DNA of 64,000 bases from Octopus sinensis (GCF_006345805.1 NC_043003.1:47988001-48052000); one strand, 5' to 3'. Shown: positions 25,195 through 38,596, counted from the stretch's first letter. A program made the numbers and translations. Notes: generated by a model from the letters alone, not told the origin.

Positions 25195-26068
25195 CCACGA
25201 GGTTGAAACACAAAGTTTGCTCTTGATAGCCTTTTGTAACTGCCTCAGCAAGCATTCATGATGTGGTTCTTTTCAAGATAGTCAATAAACACAATGCTTT
25301 TTGCATCCCAAATATGAGGCCATCACCTTTCCAGTAGATGAAACAGACTTGGCTTTCTTCGGATCAGGTGAGAAGTGTTTCCTCTGTATGGATTGTCTCT
25401 TTGTCTCTGGTTCAGAGTGATGAACCCAGCACTCACCCTAGTTTAGGAAATGTTCAAAGAAACTAGCTGGATCTGCCTCAATAAATGTTAGATTATCCTG
25501 TGATGTGATTAACCTAATATTCTTTTAATCAGTTGTCAGAAAACATGGCATCTGCTGAGCAGAAACAATCATCATGCCAAGCACATTGTGCAGAATATTC
25601 TCAGCTATCTCACGAGATCTGCTAATAGCATTGATTATTTGATCTATAGTCAATTGCCTGTCATCCATCATCATGTGGTGAACACAATCAATGTTTTCCT
25701 TGGTGGTAAGCAGTTGCAGAATGTCCAGAGCTTGGATCATTTTCAAAACTCTCCCTTCCCCTCCAAAATTCAGCTGTCCCTTTTCCACTGTTGATAAAGC
25801 TGGAGTGTCATCCCCTAATGTCCTTAGGGGATAAATGCGTTTTCTGCAGGTACTGATGACAGCATGATGTCAAATTTTGTCGATTTCAAAGAGAAGTTGC
25901 TACTAGTTGCTTTTGAAGTCTTCTTTGAACAGTCAGATGTCAGTTTACCAAGAGAGAAACAATGCATTTATTAATAAGGAGAATTGAAATTAATGCATGA
26001 AACATTTCACAGCTCTAGCATCACTCCATATTAGTCAGCGTGTCAACTTTCTAGCCAACTCTCGTAAG
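25195..26068 (-). mobile_element. Decayed mariner element with transposase fragments
   Basis: NIDCVHHMMMDDRQLTIDQI...LGMMIVSAQQMPCFLT (decayed WVPR region), ECWVHHSEPETKRQS, GKVMAS.WDAKSIVFIDYLEK; weak TIRs. Confidence 0.8.
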
Positions 26069-26162
26069 GCAATATCTTCTCACTTATCTAAACTTCAAGT
26101 AAAACTGAAGAGTTGAAACTTTCACAAATATTTCATATAATTTCATGTCTAGATTTCTGTGA

Positions 26163-26612
26163 AGGCACATGGCTTAGTGGTTAGAGCATTGGGCTCACAA
26201 TCATGAGGTAGTGAGTTTGATTCCTGCACTGGGCTGTGGGTTGTGTTCTTGAGCAAGACACTTTATCTCACATTGATCTAGTCCGCTCAACTGTAGAAAT
26301 GAGTTGTAATGTCACTGGTGCCAAGCTGTACTGGCCTTTACCTTTCTCTTGGATAACATCAGAGGCAGATACTGGTGTCACACAAATTAACACATAAATG
26401 CACCCCAGTGTCATGCAAATGGAACCCGTGCCAGTGACATGTAAAAGCATTCATTACACTCTTCGAGTAGTTGGCATTAGGAAGGGCATCCAGCTGTAGA
26501 AAACCATGCCGAATCAGACTAGAGCCTGGTGCAGCCTTCCAGCATGCCAGCCCGGTCAAACTGTCCGACCCATGCCAGTATGGACAATGGACCTTAAATG
26601 ATGATGATGTAG
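26163..26612 (+). mobile_element. SINE family C 5' part followed by an RTE 3' UTR fragment
   Basis: Head ggcacatggcttagtggttag to ~26357; RTE UTR at ~26400-26610 with (GAT)n. Confidence 0.75.
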
Positions 26613-28239
26613 GGGCTCCTAACATGGTTGCTAAACCTGATAGAAATAGTGGTAAAATCTCTCTCAAATTACACAGTACTGTCTTTAAAAAAAAGGAAAG
26701 ACATATTAGACAATGCAGTTCTAAATACATTGTCTAAAAAAGCAAAAAAAAAAAAAAGCGGGATGGTCACAGCTGGAATGTCTTTTGATCATAAACCTGA
26801 GGCTAGCCAACAAAAACTACCTACCCCCACCCACCCCATTAACATCATCACAACTATGAACAATACAAGCATCAACACTCACCCTCCCAATCATTATCAA
26901 CTGAGCTGTTAGTGGAAAAGAGAAGTTAGTTAAATTACTAACATGGGGTTTTTAACTACAGAGAGACAGAAGACAGAGGAGAGAGAGAGAGAGAGAGGAA
27001 AGCAAGAGCATGAATGAGGGAATACAGATGGGCATGGGGGGTGAGGAGTGACAAAGAAAGTGAGATGTGTCTAAGGAATAACAAAGAGCATTCTTGGGCT
27101 GCTGTTGTTGTATAGCTTCAGGTCAACCCTAATTGAGCAGACCTCTGACGTACATAGAGGATTATATTGCAGACATAATCCGCTATGCAGCTTTCCCTTT
27201 TTGTAAGTCAAGCATTGTGTAATTCAAGGGATACTTGACTGCTATTTCTAGCAGGTGGGCTGATGGTTGGAACATAATGATATGCTCAGGAACAGCATCT
27301 TGAACATCAGCAGGAACCGTCGTGTCTCTTCACCCTATTATTTGCTACTCTTCACGCCATCATCACCACCACCACCACCATCATCCACTGTTCCAATGCC
27401 TTATAAACAATCAGAGCCCTAACCTGACAATGAGATGGGAGAAGAGGAAGGACTGAGAGAAGTCTCTTGACAAAAAAAAATAAATAAATAAAAATAAAAT
27501 AAAATAAACCCTGCCATCACCTGAGATGCCAGTAAAGGCGGAAATAGCAAAGAGAGGACAAAATATGAAGGAAAACAAGAGAGAATGCATTCCAAAGTAG
27601 CTAATATGGAGCATGTAAAGAGTGCTTGGTGGTGAGAAGAGAGGAGGAGGAGGAATATTAAAACAAATAACCCCTCTCCCCACCACCACCACCACCACCA
27701 TCACCATCACGTCAGCATCATACCCTCTTACAACAAAAGCAAAATGAAATAGCCACCCCTTCTGCATAGGAGCAGGAAATAGAGAGATTCACCTACTTCT
27801 ATCAGCACCCATCCCACCCTCATCCTGCCACCATTACGTTGTTGTTATTGTTGTTGCTGTTGTTACGTTACAGCAATCACTGTTACCATCACAACCACAG
27901 TCAATACAACCGAAATTATTATAAACATCATCACCTGTCACCACTAGGACTGCTGTCACCGCCATCATACCATCATCGGTGGAGTTACCTACAGCTACTG
28001 TAACAACCATCAGCCACAACCAGGCTGTCACCATCACCACTAAAATGTCTGGAATTATTTGAGTGTGATAAGTCAGGTAGAGAATGCTGTGATGGAGTAG
28101 TGTGGTAAGTGGTACTGACAGGTGTTAGAAGAATTTCACAAAAACCCCCCAAAAAACATCAATAACAAAAACATAAAGGTGAGAGGTGAAAGTAAAACTT
28201 TGTATACTTTTAAACTTTTAACATGTATGTGTGTGTAAG

Positions 28240-28920
28240 ATGGCAAGCTGGTAGAAACGTTAGCATGCCAGTGATATTTAGTCTGTTTTTATGTTCTGAG
28301 TTCAAATTTTGATGAGGTCAACTTTGCCTTTCATCCTTTCGGAGTTAATAGATTAAGTACCAGTTGCATACTGGGATCGATCTAATCGACTGGCCCCACC
28401 TCACCCAAAATTTCAGCCTTGTGTCTAGAGTAGAAAAGAACATGTATGTGTATGTAAGATGGTGAGCTGGCAGAATAGTTAGCTGGCAAAATCGTTAGGA
28501 CAGCAGGCAAAATGCTTGGCGGCATTTCGCCTGTCTTTATGTTATGAGTTCAAAATTCCGCAGAGGAATGGGTGGGGTTGATAAAATAAGTACCCGTTGA
28601 GGAGTGGGGTTGATGCAATCAGCTTAGCCCCTCCATGACATTGTTGGCCTCAAGCCAGAATTTCAAACCAATATGTACATGCGTGTAGGCACAGCAAGCT
28701 CACAGAATCATTAGCACACTGAACAAAAACACTTAGCGGCATTTCATGTCTTTATGCTGTGAGTTCAAATTCTGCTGAGGTCAACTTTGCCATTCATCTT
28801 TTCAAGGTTGATAAAATAAGTACCAGTTGAACACTGGGGTTGATATAATATTGTAATTGACTTATCCCTCCCCTAAAATTGCTGGCCTTGTGCCAAAATT
28901 CGAAACTACTATGCATGTAC
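28240..28920 (+). mobile_element. Three adjacent diverged SINE family B copies
   Basis: Three heads (28240, 28460, 28690), each with the family core and tail. Confidence 0.8.
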
Positions 28921-30353
28921 AAGGGAGTATGTATCTGCATGCATGAGGAAAACTTTGTCTTTTAAACATATTTTTTTCTAAAGGCACAAGGCCTGAAATT
29001 TTGGAGAAGGGGTTTCTTAATTGCATTGACCCCAGTGCTTGACTAGTACTTATTTTATCGACCCAGAAAGGCTAAGTTGACCGCAATAGAACTTGAACTC
29101 AGAAGATAAAAAAACAAGACACGTGAATATTTTTATGTGTGTAGTTTGTTTGAAACAGAAAAATTTCCAAATCCATCATCAATGTTTCTAGACCTTCAAA
29201 GTCTCATCTTTCAGTCATGGGCAAACTGCAGCCTGTGGGATTTTCTGAAAGGCACATCAAACGAATGGATTTTCTTTAGTAGTGCAGCCCATCTGATGAT
29301 GACCCATGTAGGCCACTTTTCAAAAACGGATGCCCATGTCTGTTTTAGATGAAGTGATGTTAGCATGCATGTTGCTGCCTTATAAAACAGAGTCAATGAG
29401 ATGGGTGTTGATATTAAATTAATGCTGGAATTAGAATTGTTGTCAGATTAATACATCAATTACATGTTTGTGAATAGTGAATGTTATCCAACTTAATTTA
29501 ATATTGTGAGGTGTTATAAGTATAATGTCCATCACTGATCATCTACTTTTGTGGGGAATTATCTGTACTATAAGCATGTTGTTTATAAATGCTTTCCTAT
29601 CATGTTTTATAATATGATTTGTGATGTGCATTGCAACTGCTCTTTGGAAATGCATGAACAGTTGGCAAAAATTGCTCTATTTGTACCATTATTATCATCA
29701 TCATTTTAACATCCACTTTTCCATGCTTGCATGGGTCCAACAGAGTTTACAGAGGCAGATTCTTTATGATCAGATGTTCTCCCAGTTGCCAACCCCATCT
29801 GTTCCCAAACAAGATAATATATTTCCCTATGGCCAGATATGTTCTTGCAGAATGTTGGAAATGAATGACACTGCTAGTATGACAGTGGAAATCATTTTAA
29901 ACTATCACAAAAAGACACGTGCACACAGACACACAACAGGCTTCTTTCAGTTTCTGTCAACCAAATCCACTCGCAAGGCTTTGGTCGCCCCAGGGCTATG
30001 GTGGTAGACATTTGCCCAAGGTACCACACACTGGGACTGAATCCAAGACCACATGGTTGGGAAGCAAACTTCTTACCACAAAGCCAAATCTGTGTCTACA
30101 AATAGTCACACACCAGCACCTAAACACAATCACGCCAGTATGAGTAACACCATAGTTAAAATCACAGACTGTACAACTTTCAGTACTTGCAATCAAATTT
30201 GAACATCCCATTGTTTATGCATGTTATTTATAGGTTTGAGTGCTAGTAGTTTGTTGTTGGTAGGCATGTTTTTAATCTGGGCTTTTTTTTTCTTAGTATA
30301 TTATTAATGTTAGTTTATAGTTAAGTATAATACATTTTATGCTCTATTTTATG

Positions 30354-30935
30354 CGTGACCCAACTTTTCGTCTGATATCACTTTTGGTCCAATGTCTTTT
30401 TGTCCAATGACTTTTTGTCCAATTTTAAATAAAGTCTTTAGAAATCAAAGTGAATGTCATGTGAATTCGAAGTGAACACAGCCTTCTTTTCTCATATCTC
30501 CAGTATTCTTTTCCTAGTTTTGTATTGCTTGAATGAAAATCGTAGATGTAATTACTTTCATCAACTACTTTTCTTTTGCATTTTCGTTGATACTATAAAC
30601 TTGTAATTTCGGGATGGGTAAATAAAAATATGTACACTAAATTTGCTGTACACTCTATACACAGTACCATACTTAAAGGAGAGAAAGAAAAGGAGAAAGT
30701 AAAACTGTTAACAGAGAAGGAAAAAGAACGATAGTAACGATCCTATAATAAGGCTCGTTATAGTTCTGTGAATATATTATTAGAGATATTTCACCTTGCT
30801 TTCTAAAGAGTTTATTTAAAATTGAACAAAAAGTCGTTGGACAAAAAAAATGAATGAACAAAAGGACGTTGGACGAAAAGATGTGGACAAAAAGACGTTT
30901 GACAAAGAGACGTCGGACGAAAAGATGCAGCACCG
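30354..30935. mobile_element. Non-autonomous TIR element with subterminal ~15-bp repeats
   Basis: Seen: ends carry inverted arrays of cttttt/cgtccaa units; 7-bp direct repeat TTTTATG at 30347-53 and 30936-42. Confidence 0.7.
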
Positions 30936-31377
30936 TTTTATGAGGTTTTTAAAAATGCGTGCATCTATCCTATAGTTAGTTCATTTGTTTAAAGTTTGCT
31001 TTTCCATGCTAGCATGGGTGTAGACAGATATTTATCTGGGGAAGGATTTTCTTCCCACTGCCAACTTTTACCTGTTTTTTAAGTAAGGGATATCTTTATT
31101 TCACAGGTCCTTGAACAGGCAGAATGACTGTGTTAAGATCAGTACTGTTTTCCTGTGGTAGTGATAAGCATGGACTATAGAAACATGAATGTACATTTGT
31201 GCATGAGCACACATACATATGTGACAGACTTCCTGTAGTTTCCACCTACCAAAATCCCTCAGTTGGCACTGGTCGACTCAGAACTGTACTCAAAAACTGC
31301 TTGCATTTGTTACTGTATATGCATTTAATTCATGTAAAACACTTTGTGCACATGCATTATCATCATCAATAACATTT

Positions 31378-31598
31378 ACTCCTTTAGCATTTAAACTGGC
31401 CATATCCGACCAAATTATACTACCTGATGTTCAAAGTGACCAGATCTGGCCTCTCACACCTATCCTGTAATGTAATTTTTAAACTAAACAATCACATTAT
31501 CAAAATCTAGAACTTATAAGATAAAGCATTATTAATTCAAAACAATGTGAATAAATTACCATTATATTTGACAGAATAATATGAATGCTAAAGGTTAG
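31378..31598. mobile_element. piggyBac-type MITE family 2
   Basis: cctttagcatt ... aatgctaaagg termini. Confidence 0.75.
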
Positions 31599-31967
31599 TT
31601 TCCATATTCCATGCTGGCATATGTTGGATGATTTGACAGGATCCAATAGGTCCAAGGATTGCATTGTGTTCCAGTGTCTACTTTGGTATGGTTTCTTATT
31701 TCTTTATTGCCCACAAGGGGCTAAACACAGAGAGGACAAACAAGGACAGACAAACAGATTAAGTCGATTATATCGACCCCAGTGCGTAACTGGTACTTAT
31801 TTAATCGCCCCCGAAAGGATGAAAGGCAAATTATTTCTAGCTAATTTTTTCCAAACAATGCCAATCAATAAAGTCAAGGCTCAATTCAGATTTCTACTGT
31901 GTTAAACTGATAAGGGATAAATTTTCCTCTGGAAAGGATGCTAGATTATGTAAATCTCCTTACAAGA

Positions 31968-32540
31968 GGTGGCGAGCTGGCAGAACCGTTAGCACGCCAG
32001 GCGAAATGCTTAGCGGTATTTTGTCTGCCGCTATGTTCTGAGTTCAAATTTTGCCGAGGTCGACTTTGCCTTTCATCCTTTCGGGGTCGATTAAATAAGT
32101 ACCAGTTACGCACTGGGGTCAATACAATCGACTTAATCCGTTTGTCCTCTCTGTATTTAGCCCCTTGTGGGTAGTAAAGAAATAGGTATTTCGTCAGCCG
32201 TTACGTTCTGAGTTCAAATTCCGCCGAGGTCGACTTTGCCTTTCATCCTTTCGGGATTGATTAAATAAGTACCAGCTACGCACTGGGGTCGATATAATCG
32301 ACTTAATCCGTTTGTCCTCTCTGTATTTAGCCCCTTGTGGGTAGTAAAGAAATAGGTATTTCGTCTGCCGTTACGTTCTGAGTTCAAATTCCGCCGAGGT
32401 CGACTTTGCCTTTCATCCTTTCGGGATTGATTAAATAAGTACCAGCTACGCACTGGGGTCGATATAATCGACTTAATTCGTTTCTCTGTCCTTGTTTGTC
32501 CCCTCTGTGTGTAGCCCCTTGTGGGCAGTAAAGAAATAAG
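31968..32540 (+). mobile_element. SINE family B trimer (one full head plus two ~170-bp headless units)
   Basis: Seen: junction gtagtaaagaaata|ggtatttcgtc at ~32184 and ~32354; units near-identical. Confidence 0.95.
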
Positions 32541-33060
32541 AGGTAGTGTACTCACTAATGCAAGCTGATACACATCAGGCCTGCTACAAATTACAGCACA
32601 AGGTAATATAACTCTGTGGTTCCTACTATCAGTTAAATAGACTCAGCTATCAAGAATTAATCCTATAATATCTATTATAAATACCATCAATTCTGCGTAA
32701 TTGCAGACTAGATAATTGCATAATCAGTAAATTGCATAATTTGTTTTTTAAACAGTGAACTATTTTAGCAGCAAATTGATGTAAAATTGATTGGCTTACT
32801 GCATACACAAATATCAATTTAGTTAAATGCATATGCAAATATTATCAATTTCAGCATGAAATCAAACACTTATTTAGTTTGATATAAATAAGGTGTTTTG
32901 GGAGCTTCTATTGTTATGGCACCAATCAGTATTTCGTGTTTACAAACAATCAACATCAAGAGTCAAATGTACTCAGGTTATTATCACCTTTCCAATGAAT
33001 ATAAAGATAATGAAAGTTCAGATTCTAGTACATTTTTATCTGTGTAGTTTCTATTGTGCA

Positions 33061-33380
33061 GGGGCGTGGCTTAGTGGTTAGGGGTATTCAGCTCACGAGC
33101 GTAAGGTCATGAGTTCAATTCCCCGGCAACGCATTGTGTCCTTGAGCAAGACACTTTATTTCTCATTGCTCCAGTCCACTCAGCTGGCAAAAATGAGTAG
33201 TACCTGTATTTCAAAGGACCAGCCTTGTCACTTTGTGTCATGCTGAATCTCCCTGAGAACTACATTCAGGGTACACATGTCTGTAGAGTGTTCAGCCACT
33301 TGCACATTAATTTCACAAGCAGGCTGTTCTGTTGATTGTATCAACTGGAACCTTGTCGTCATAACCAATGGAGTGCCAGT
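33061..33380 (+). mobile_element. tRNA-derived SINE family D
   Basis: Head ggcgtggcttagtggttagg...gagttcaattccc; second copy at 41243-41560. Confidence 0.85.
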
Positions 33381-33597
33381 TATAGTTATAAAATTCTTAG
33401 ATAAAATTTGTAGAAAAAGAGTTTGGAATCATGTGGCAAACATGATATTTTTTCATCTTCAAGTACATCAGTGGTTCTTAACCTGAGTGATAGTACCCCC
33501 TTGCTGTTAGTTTACAAGGGAATGGTAAATGTCATGGGGGGGGGGTTATGAAGGGTGGTGGGTATTTAGAGGGGCTTGTAAGTTTTTTTTTTTGTTT

Positions 33598-34297
33598 TGC
33601 CACTTCAACATGGCTGTTCTGTACAGAACTACATTTCTACCATTTTTTTTAACCTCAGGAGGACATCTCCAGCTGGTTAATGACACAACCTGTCTGACAT
33701 ATTACAAGCAGAGGAGCAAGCCCCGACCACCTAGCAGTGACAAGATCAGTATACCAGACTGGTTTCAGGGTATTTCCCTTGTCAGTACTGGACACCTGTC
33801 TGCTAGACATGGCAGTTGTTTGTCCTAGCTTGCAATATATAGAAAAACAACAGCCATGGTGAAATGGGAACAAACATTATTTTTCAGTATTGTTACTACT
33901 TACAACTCTTATAGAGATTTTAGAACTAGCTACTTTGCTTGTTGCAAAATCAGCAACTGAATATAGCATGTTTTTCAATATGTTGCGAGCTAGGCCAAAT
34001 GGCTGCCATGTCTAGCAGACAGGTTTCCAGTACTGACAAAGGAAAATATCCTGAAACCAGACTGGTGTACTGGTCTTGTCACTTCTAGATGGTAGGGGTT
34101 CACTTCCCTGCTCATAATATATCAGACACAGGTTGTGTTATTAACCAGCTGGAGGAGATGTCCTCCTGGGGTTAAAAAATGGAAGTAATGTAGTTCCGTA
34201 TGGAACAGCCATGTTGGAGTGGCAACAGACATTACTTTTCAGTATTGTTACTACTTACATTTCTTATAAAGATTTAGAACTAGCTACTTTGCTCGTT
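33598..34297. repeat. Inverted (~250 bp) plus direct (~90 bp) duplication
   Basis: 33598-33845 is the reverse complement of 33966-34225; 33850-33940 repeats directly at 34205-34297. Confidence 0.85.
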
Positions 34298-34350
34298 TGT
34301 AAGTTTTCTTAGAAATAAAATATTTAAACCAGGTACAATATTCCATTTAA

Positions 34351-35033
34351 CTTTTTAACATTTCAACCAGCCATATCCAGTCAAAATATTCTACCTGTTT
34401 CCAGGCAACATGCTCAGCAATATTTCGTCTGTCTTTATGTTCTGAGTTCAAATTCAGCTGAGTTTGACTTTGCCTTTCATCCTTTCGGGGTTGATAAATT
34501 AAGTACCAGTTGCATACTGGGGTCAATCTAATCGACTGGCCCCCTCCCCTGAAATTTTGAGCTTTGTGCCTAGAGTAGAAAAGAATATTCTACCTGTTTC
34601 ATGCTTAAACTAGCTAGATCTAGCTTCCATGACTTTCGGAAACATATTTTCATGCTAAGAGTTGCTGAAGTATGGAACAAACTGCCGGCATCAGTTGTTA
34701 GTTGTTGGAGAACTGCATCCTTCAAAACTTCCATGCTTCTGAGATTTGCCAACACTACACCTGATTTTCTCCCGTCCATACACACACTTCCCAGACATTT
34801 GTACATTACTGCATATGTTTTATACGCACTTTTGACAAGTTGTGGTGCACCTGAGCACTGTATACAATAATTTCATTATAATTATTATTATTCACACCTA
34901 CACTAACGTATCACTTTACAAATAAACAATCATAGCATTGAAATCTCAAAACTGTCAAACAATGCAAGATTAATTTAAAATTATGTGAATGAATAAGCAT
35001 TACATTTGACAGTGTAATCTGAATGCTAAAGGG
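34351..35033. mobile_element. piggyBac-type MITE family 2 with a nested SINE B (34401-34583) and a CR1-like 3' end (~34629-34892)
   Basis: TTAA flanks; SINE has a 16-bp TSD aatattctacctgttt (34385-400, 34584-99); insert reads HDFRKHIFMLRVAEVWNKLPASVV. Confidence 0.85.
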
Positions 35034-36231
35034 TTAAACACATTTTCTAAATAAGTCTTTGTTGGGATTAGAATATGTGCCAGACCAATGTTAGAAAAAC
35101 ATGATTGATGATGCACCAAGGTCCAGTATCATTATCTTTTAACATCTATGTTCTATGCTGGCATGGATTGGTCAGTTCGACAGGATCTGACGAGTCCAAG
35201 GACTGCAACGTCTGCTTTGGTATGGTTTGTATAGTGGGATATCCTTCCAAATTCTAACCACTTTACAGCTTGTACCAGGTATTTTTATAATTTTTTTTTC
35301 TAAGACTTTATCTTCTTTAGTAGTTTCTATGAAAATTTAACATTGTCACTGGTGTAAGCAAATATTTAAAAAGCAGACCATGCTGGATGGGAAAGTATAA
35401 GGGAACATAGATAATAAACTACTGTACAAAATTAGTCGCTGCTTGATTAAAATAATTGTTTTAAAAATCAAAACACATGAAGAAGGTGTCTCTAAAACAA
35501 CACTGGACGAAAGGAGTGCGTTGTTGAGTTAGAAATGGTTGAGAACCACTGAAGTACATTAACCTGTAATTAACCTAATTATTTGTTTCTAAACACACAG
35601 CTCCCCACCGACATATATACACACAACAGTTGTTATCATTGTGTAATTCAAAGTGTATGAAAGTCATTGTCAGAACATATGAGTCTAGCTAAGTTTGAGT
35701 AATTAGAAATCATAATTAGAAAATATAAAACAAATTCAATATCCTTATAGGAGCTAAGTCAAATGCTTGCCATGCTGATAGATAAAATAGGTGGTACTGG
35801 GTCAACCAGAAGTGAATTATGTGTACACAAGATGTACTTTTAATATATAACTCTTCTTGTTTTATTTAGGGTAGTGAGCTGGCAGAATTTGTTAGCATAC
35901 CAGGTAAAATGCTTAGTGGCATTTCGTCTGTCTTTACATTCTAAGTTCAAATTTCAATGAAGTCTATTTTACCTTTCATCCTTTCAGGGTTGATAAAATA
36001 AATATCAGTTTAGTATGGGAGTTGATGTAATCTACTAAATCTCTTCCCTGAAATTGCTGGTCTTGTACCAAAATTTGAGACCAATATGTAAATATTTTAT
36101 TCTTGTTTAATTAAATAATCATGCATGTGTAACATTACTACAATACCTTACTATTTTTTATCTTATAGTCCATGACACTTTGCAGAGCCTCTAAGACTGT
36201 GGAAGGAAGGAAAGGGGAAGATATTCTTAAG

Positions 36232-36464
36232 CATTTGGTATTCAGATTATTCTATCAAATGTAATGCTTATATATTCACATTGTTTTGAACCAATCACGT
36301 ATTACTTCACAGCTTTGAGATTTTGATGTGATTGTTTTACCTTTAGAATAACATTGTGTTAGAATGACAATTCAGGGTAAGTGTGAAAGGCCAGATCTAG
36401 CCAGTTTGAATATAAAGCAAGTAAAACATTTTGGTTGGACATAGCTAGTTAAAATGCTCATGGG
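36232..36464. mobile_element. piggyBac-type MITE family 2, reverse orientation
   Basis: Reverse complement of the 31378 copy; ends gggTTAA. Confidence 0.7.
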
Positions 36465-37099
36465 TTAAACCAGAAACCGGGCCCAAATGTTTCTGAGAGA
36501 GTGGATCTACTGAAGAACACTAAGGTACCAGGTGGTGGTCTTAAACCGGGTGACAAATTAAGCCTATCACTGAAGTAGGCTGTGGTGGGATTTGAACTCA
36601 AAATGAAAAAAATTTAGAACAAATACTACAAGGTATTTGGTCCAACAGCCTCACTGTTCCACTAATCTACTTCTTTTTCTTGTTTTAATAATTTTGACTG
36701 TGGCCATGCTGGAGTACTGCCTTTTGGTCGTAGATATTGACCCCTATTGACTCTGAAAAGATGACAGAAAAAGTTGACCGTAGCAGAATTGGAACTCAGA
36801 ATGGAGAGAGCTGGGCTAAATAGTTCTGAGGTAGTCTATCCAACATTCTATCAATTTAACCAATTCACCTACTAACAATGTATAGCAATTTCTCAATTTA
36901 TTGATTACTATGGGAAGTGAAAGTAATTGCTTAATTGCAATTAAGCCAAATTAACTGTAAAATGCATTTATAGAAACAAAAAAAATGAGAGAATTTAAGA
37001 CTCGGGTGAGTTCTAAGGATTCTTTAAGTTTATACTTTAGGTAACAACCTGGTTTTTGTTACAGAATTAATGACAGAGTAATTTGTTTGATTGTTTGTA

Positions 37100-37137
<38 letters not shown>

Positions 37138-37394
37138 TTCATCATCATTTAACGCTTACTTTTCTATGCTTGCATAAGTGACATAGAATTTGTTGACACA
37201 TATTTTCTATGACCAGACGCCCTTCCTGTTGCCAACTTTATCTGATATCTCTCCATGGCAAGACATATTTTTTACAGAAAGCAGAAAATTAATAACCTTG
37301 CTTGTATGATTTTGCTCATTCACAACCATCATGTGATGACTAGGCAAAGGTACATTACACACACACTAACATATATATTTTTTCTTTTATTCTT

Positions 37395-37593
37395 TTTCTT
37401 GTTTTAATAATTTTGACTGTGGCCATGCTGGAGTACTGCCTTTTGGTCGTAGATATTGACCCCTAGACTTATTCTTTGTAAGCATGGTACTTATTCTATC
37501 AATCTCTTATGCCAAACCACTAAGTTACGGGGACGTAAGCACACCAGCATTGGTTGTCAAGTGATGATGGGGAGGACAAACACAGACACAAAA

Positions 37594-37624
<31 letters not shown>

Positions 37625-37735
37625 CAATGAGCTTCTTTCAGTTTCTGTCTACCAAATCCATCCAAAAGGCTTTAGTTGGCCCAAGGCTATAGTAGAAGAC
37701 ATTTGGTCATGGTGACAGGCTGTGGAACTGAACCC
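37395..37735 (-). mobile_element. SINE family A
   Basis: Tail, internal (TA)n and core present; head truncated. Confidence 0.85.
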
Positions 37736-37769
37736 GTCGTTGTCATCATCATCATCATCATCATTATTA

Positions 37770-38130
37770 TTATTATTTAACGTCTGGATGCCCTTCCTAA
37801 CACCAACCACTTTGCAGAGTGTGCCGGGTGCTTTTTACATGCCACTCGCATGAGTACATTCATGTAGCACCAACATGAGTGTCTCTTATGTGGCACCAGC
37901 ACCTTAAAGAAAAGGCCTGTATGTATAGATATCAGTGAATTTATTTAGCTTGATGCGTCTTCTCGAGTACTGCAAACCACCACAACTCCTGGTCCCTCGT
38001 CATTTCCTCAGTGAGGTGCATCATCCAAAGATCTTTTCTCACCACTTTGTCCCACGTCTTCCTAGGTCTATCAACTGCCACAGGTTTCCTCTACAATTAG
38101 AGCTTAGTACTTCTTTATGCAGCTGTCCTC
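37770..38130 (-). mobile_element. RTE LINE 3' fragment
   Basis: DRPRKTWDKVVRKDL...LTEEMTRDQELWWFAVLEKT plus UTR remnant. Confidence 0.8.
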
Positions 38131-38596
38131 ATATCTCTCTCTTTTACACACACACACACATACACACAGAAAAAAAAAACAGGTTTTTTCAGTTTTTGAC
38201 TACCAAATCAATTCAAAAGTCTTTGGTTGGCCCAGAGGTACAGAAGATACTTGCTCAAGATTCATGCAAGGTTCACAGCTATAGAAGATACCTGCTCAAG
38301 TTTATAGAAAAGATACAGGATTATACAGTACGTATAAGGCAACCACCTAAGCTGCTGCCCATGATTCTGAGTCCCTGCCCTACCTGGTGTTGAAATTCCA
38401 TGGTGCTAAGCAGATGAGTGAAAAATCTTTTCCTAAACAAGATGCTGGTTGCTTACAAGCATGGGCATCCTGTCAAGAGATTTTCCCCTCATCTGCTTAA
38501 TAGTATGAAATCAGAGCAAAACACCAACTTTTAAAAGTTTGTCAGGATTCAGGTGTAACAGTAGCTTGTATTGAGCATTGTATTGAGGCATTTTTT

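Larger units (their letters stand above)
33469..35551. mobile_element. hAT-type non-autonomous element containing nested insertions
   Basis: Seen: TIRs cagtggttcttaacc / ggttgagaaccactg; 8-bp TSD AAGTACAT at 33461-68 and 35552-59. Confidence 0.85.

Noticed and set aside
35185-35212. CTGACGA-GTCC-AA-GGAC hammerhead-like half
   Set aside because: Followed by TGCAAC rather than GAAA, 2-nt loop, and lies in an RTE UTR variant.
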